This document shows, piece after piece, positions 60,776 through 64,000 of a stretch of DNA of 64,000 bases. The notes under the pieces were generated by a model. That model made no database searches and was not told where the DNA came from. It was given only the letters and a program-made list of their open reading frames with translations. The translations under genes were made by a program, and so were the position numbers. Position 1 is the stretch's first letter; every line of letters starts with the position of its first letter. This DNA comes from Planctomycetota bacterium (GTDB taxonomy: Bacteria; Planctomycetota; UBA1135; UBA2386), in assembly GCA_028281765.1 (NCBI GenBank), contig JANQJF010000072.1, positions 4,826 through 68,825 of the forward strand, given 5' to 3'.

Positions 60776-63547
60776 GTGCGAATCGCCACATCGATCGCGT
60801 TGCTGCTCGCGCTCTGCGCGTCTCTTCCAGCCCAACGCAAAGCCTCCGAACTGCTCGCGCGCCTGAGCCTGCGCGAGAAGGCCGGGCAGCTCCTGATGTC
60901 GTGGACGCTGTCTTCGATCGACGCGAAGGAGCGCGCGAAGCTGATCGAGACGATCGACGGCGCCGGCCTCGGCGGCGTGATCCTGTCGAAGGGCACGGCC
61001 GCGCAGGTCGCGAGCGTGATCGGCGCGATCCAAAAGGGCCGCTCGATCCCGTTGCTCTGCGCCGGCGATCTCGAAGCCGGAGTCGGCTACTGGATTCGCG
61101 AGGCCACCGACTTCGGCACGAACATGCTGATCGGTGCGACCGGCTCTTCACGACTGAGCGAAGCCGCCGGACGCGCAACCGCCGAGGAAGCGCACGCGCT
61201 TGGATACCACTGGTGCTTCGCCCCGGTCGTCGACGTCAACATCAACCCGGCCAATCCGATCATCAACGTGCGCTCGTTCGGCGAGGATCCCGCTGCGGTC
61301 GGCCGACTCGGCGCGGCGTTCGTGCGCGGCGTCGAAGCCGGCGACGTGCTCGCCGCGGCAAAACACTTCCCGGGCCACGGCGACGTCACGTCCGACTCGC
61401 ACGTGACGATGCCGACGGTCCCCGGCAATCGCGAACGCCTCGAACGCGTCGAGCTGCCGCCGTTCCGCGCCGCGATCGGCGCGGGCGTCTCGAGCATCAT
61501 GACGGCGCACGTCGCGGTCCCCGGCCTCGGCGAGGACCCCGGAATCCCCGCGACTCTCTCCCATCCGATCCTGACCGGCCTGCTGCGCAAGAAGCTCGGG
61601 TTCCGCGGACTGATCGTCACCGACGCGCTCGACATGGGCGGCGTGCACGCGCAGGTCACGCCCGAAGACGCGGCGATCCTCGCGTTGAACGCCGGAGCCG
61701 ACGTCCTGCTGATGCCGCCCGACGCGATCAAGACGCGCGACGCGATCGCCGAGGCCGTGAGGGACGGCAAGGTGTCACGGAAACGGCTCGACGAAGCCGT
61801 GCTTCGCATCCTGCGCGCCAAGGAACGCATGGGACTGCTGTCTGGCCGGCGCCTCGGCCCGGCAGCCGACTGGCGCGGCCGCGTGGCGAGCGAACGGCAC
61901 CGCGCACTCGCCGACGAGATCGCGACACGAGGGCTGACGCTCGTGCGGGATCACGACGGCCTCGTGCCGATCGCGGAGAAACCGAAGGACGGAGTCTTCG
62001 TCGTCGTCACTGGCGCCGAGGACGACGGCCGCGGCGCGCGCATCGGCGCGGCCCTGACGAAGCGCGGCTATCGGACCTCCCGCGTGCACGCCGGCACCGG
62101 TCCGACCGACATCGAACGGACGGCGGCCATGATCCGCGACTCCGGCTCCTGCATCGTCGCGTTCGGGATCGATGTGCCGTTCCAGAGCAGCCAAGGTATC
62201 CCCGAGGAACTCGCACCGGTCGTGACCGCGCTCCGTGTACGTCCCCAGGCGGTCGCGATCTCGCTCGGCAATCCGTACCTGATTCGGGACTTCCCCGAGG
62301 TCTCGACGTATCTCTGTGCGTACGAAGCGACGGAGCACACAGAGCGCGCCGTCGTCGCGGGCCTGACCGGACAGGCCGCGATCACCGGGCGCATCCCGGT
62401 CCGAATCCCGCGGATTTGTGACGCGGGAGCGGGGCTCACGGTTCTTCCACCCGGGCCTCTCGCCGACGCGAAGCCGTTCGACCAGGGGTTGCCCGACGAC
62501 CTCCCGATCCGCATTCGCCGGTTGTGCACGCGCGCGATTCGCGACGGCGCGTTCCCCGGAGCCTCGGTGTGCGTCACGAGGCGCGGCAACGTCGTCGCCC
62601 GAGTCGCCGCCGGTCGCGAGACCTATGACCTCGACTCGAAAATCGTCACGCCGAACACGGTCTACGATCTCGCATCTCTCACCAAGGTATGCGCGACGAC
62701 GCCTACTGTGCTCCGCCTCGCGGCCCGAGGCGTGCTCGACCTCGACGCGAAGGTCGCGAATCTCGTGCCGTCGTTCCGTGGGGAACACAAGGACACGGTC
62801 ACCATCCGCCACCTGCTCACCCACAGCTCGGGGCTCCCGCCCTACATCCGGTTCTTCAAAACCATGAAGGGCAAGGCGAACATCGTCGAAGCCGCGGCGA
62901 CGACTGAGCTGAAAACGGTGCCGGGCGCCGAGTACCGCTACAGCGACCTCGGCCTGATCCTGCTGATGGCCTGCGCGGAGAAGGCCGCGGGCATCGAGTT
63001 CGACGCGCTCGTTCAACGCGAGGTCTTCGAGCCACTCGGCATGGCGTCGGCTCGTTTCGCGAAGCCGAACGCACCCGTCGCGGCGCCACCGACCGAGGAC
63101 GACCCGTTCCGCAAACGCGTCGTCCAGGGCGAGGTGCACGACGAGAACGCGTGGGCGATGGGCGGCGTCTCCGGCCACGCCGGACTCTTCGCGAACGCGA
63201 TCGACGTCGCGACCCTCGCCAACGCATTCCTCGGCGGCGGCCGCGGCTGGCTGCCCGCGCCGCTGACCCGTCGCGCGATCACCCGCGCGAACGTCGTCGA
63301 AGGCAGCTCGCGCGCGCTCGGCTGGGACACCTTCGTATCGGGCCGCAGCGCCGGCACCGCGATGTCGGACGCGGCGTTCGGCCACACAGGGTTCACGGGC
63401 ACCTCGGTCTGGAGCGATCCCGCGACCGACGTGTGCATCGTGCTGCTGACGAACCGCGTGCACCCGACGCGCGAGAACAAGAAGATCTTCGCGGTCCGCC
63501 GCGAACTCGCCGACCTCGTCATGGGTTGCCTCGAAGGATCCCGATGA
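60776..63547 (+). CDS. Secreted glycoside hydrolase family 3 (NagZ-like beta-N-acetylhexosaminidase) fused to a beta-lactamase-fold serine hydrolase domain (AmiE/AmpH-like)
   Basis: GTG start 60776 gives the signal peptide VRIATSIALLLALCASLPAQ. GH3 blocks (KHFPGHGD; catalytic region GLIVTDALDMGG). C-terminal SxxK motif (DLASLTKVCAT) and the length of a beta-lactamase/PBP fold. Confidence 0.8.
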   Translation: MRIATSIALLLALCASLPAQRKASELLARLSLREKAGQLLMSWTLSSIDAKERAKLIETIDGAGLGGVILSKGTAAQVASVIGAIQKGRSIPLLCAGDLEAGVGYWIREATDFGTNMLIGATGSSRLSEAAGRATAEEAHALGYHWCFAPVVDVNINPANPIINVRSFGEDPAAVGRLGAAFVRGVEAGDVLAAAKHFPGHGDVTSDSHVTMPTVPGNRERLERVELPPFRAAIGAGVSSIMTAHVAVPGLGEDPGIPATLSHPILTGLLRKKLGFRGLIVTDALDMGGVHAQVTPEDAAILALNAGADVLLMPPDAIKTRDAIAEAVRDGKVSRKRLDEAVLRILRAKERMGLLSGRRLGPAADWRGRVASERHRALADEIATRGLTLVRDHDGLVPIAEKPKDGVFVVVTGAEDDGRGARIGAALTKRGYRTSRVHAGTGPTDIERTAAMIRDSGSCIVAFGIDVPFQSSQGIPEELAPVVTALRVRPQAVAISLGNPYLIRDFPEVSTYLCAYEATEHTERAVVAGLTGQAAITGRIPVRIPRICDAGAGLTVLPPGPLADAKPFDQGLPDDLPIRIRRLCTRAIRDGAFPGASVCVTRRGNVVARVAAGRETYDLDSKIVTPNTVYDLASLTKVCATTPTVLRLAARGVLDLDAKVANLVPSFRGEHKDTVTIRHLLTHSSGLPPYIRFFKTMKGKANIVEAAATTELKTVPGAEYRYSDLGLILLMACAEKAAGIEFDALVQREVFEPLGMASARFAKPNAPVAAPPTEDDPFRKRVVQGEVHDENAWAMGGVSGHAGLFANAIDVATLANAFLGGGRGWLPAPLTRRAITRANVVEGSSRALGWDTFVSGRSAGTAMSDAAFGHTGFTGTSVWSDPATDVCIVLLTNRVHPTRENKKIFAVRRELADLVMGCLEGSR

Positions 63548-64000
63548 AGTTTCACACACTCGCACTCGTCGCCACGTCGGCGCTCGGCCTCGCGCAGTCT
63601 CCGTCGGTCACGCTCGGCAACGAGACGCTCCTCACCGACGGCTTCCGCCAGCTCGCCGGCAAGCGCGTCGGACTGATCACCAACCCCTCCGGCGTCAACA
63701 GCAAGCTGGAGACGACGATCGACGTGCTGCGCCGCGCGAAGCGAGTCGACCTCGTCGCGCTCTACGGCCCCGAACACGGCGTCTACGGCGACGTGCCCGC
63801 AGGCGACAAGATCCAGTCGCGCACGGACGAGCGCACCGGCCTGCCCGTGCATTCGCTCTACGGCAAGACGCGCAAGCCGACCAAGAAGATGCTCGAGGGC
63901 ATCGACGTTCTCGTCTACGACCTGCAGGACACCGGCGCGCGCTCGTACACCTACATCAGCACGATGGGTGAGGCGATGGAGGCGTGCGGCGAAGCCGGCA
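63544..64000 (+). CDS. DUF1343 family protein (NamZ/YbbC-like exo-beta-N-acetylmuramidase), N-terminal part; continues beyond the window
   Basis: ATG overlaps the upstream stop (ATGA). Signal peptide, then conserved DUF1343 N-terminal blocks (GLITNPSGV; ALYGPEHG; LVYDLQDTGARSYTYIST). Confidence 0.7.
   Translation, partial: MKFHTLALVATSALGLAQSPSVTLGNETLLTDGFRQLAGKRVGLITNPSGVNSKLETTIDVLRRAKRVDLVALYGPEHGVYGDVPAGDKIQSRTDERTGLPVHSLYGKTRKPTKKMLEGIDVLVYDLQDTGARSYTYISTMGEAMEACGEAG

Overview
This is a high-GC (about 68-70 %) bacterial chromosomal window that is densely coding on both strands. I see no rRNA, tRNA, CRISPR array, transposase or integrase. The gene content resembles a large soil-bacterium genome such as Myxococcota-like organisms (ECF sigma/anti-sigma, receptor Ser/Thr kinase with FGE domain, lamin-tail-domain proteins, many secreted proteins), but I cannot assign taxonomy from sequence alone. 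Most genes are housekeeping or metabolic: RsgA, AhcY, FadE-type acyl-CoA dehydrogenase, KorAB 2-oxoacid:ferredoxin oxidoreductase, Acs, PepA, MoaD-MoaE and two SSF transporters. There are also accessory-looking modules: tandem lamin-tail paralogs, a LonC-like/Usp/His-phosphatase operon divergent from a KaiC-like ATPase, an ECF sigma module, and a P-loop/YjbQ/cupin operon. Peptidoglycan-recycling genes sit at both ends of the window (an AmiD-like amidase, and a NagZ-AmiE-like fusion followed by NamZ). Many long ORFs in the six-frame track are antisense or out-of-frame artefacts of the high GC content; I chose frames by recognisable domain motifs, signal peptides and start/stop overlaps. Several ORF-track starts are non-ATG (for example TTG at 19838, GTG at 25126), so I re-picked starts where an ATG/GTG followed by a signal peptide or conserved N-terminus was evident. 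I cannot point to a single clearly novel system with confidence. The best candidates for follow-up are the LTD paralog pair, the LonC/KaiC-like cluster, the small-ORF-coupled symporters and the kinase/YjbQ/cupin operon.
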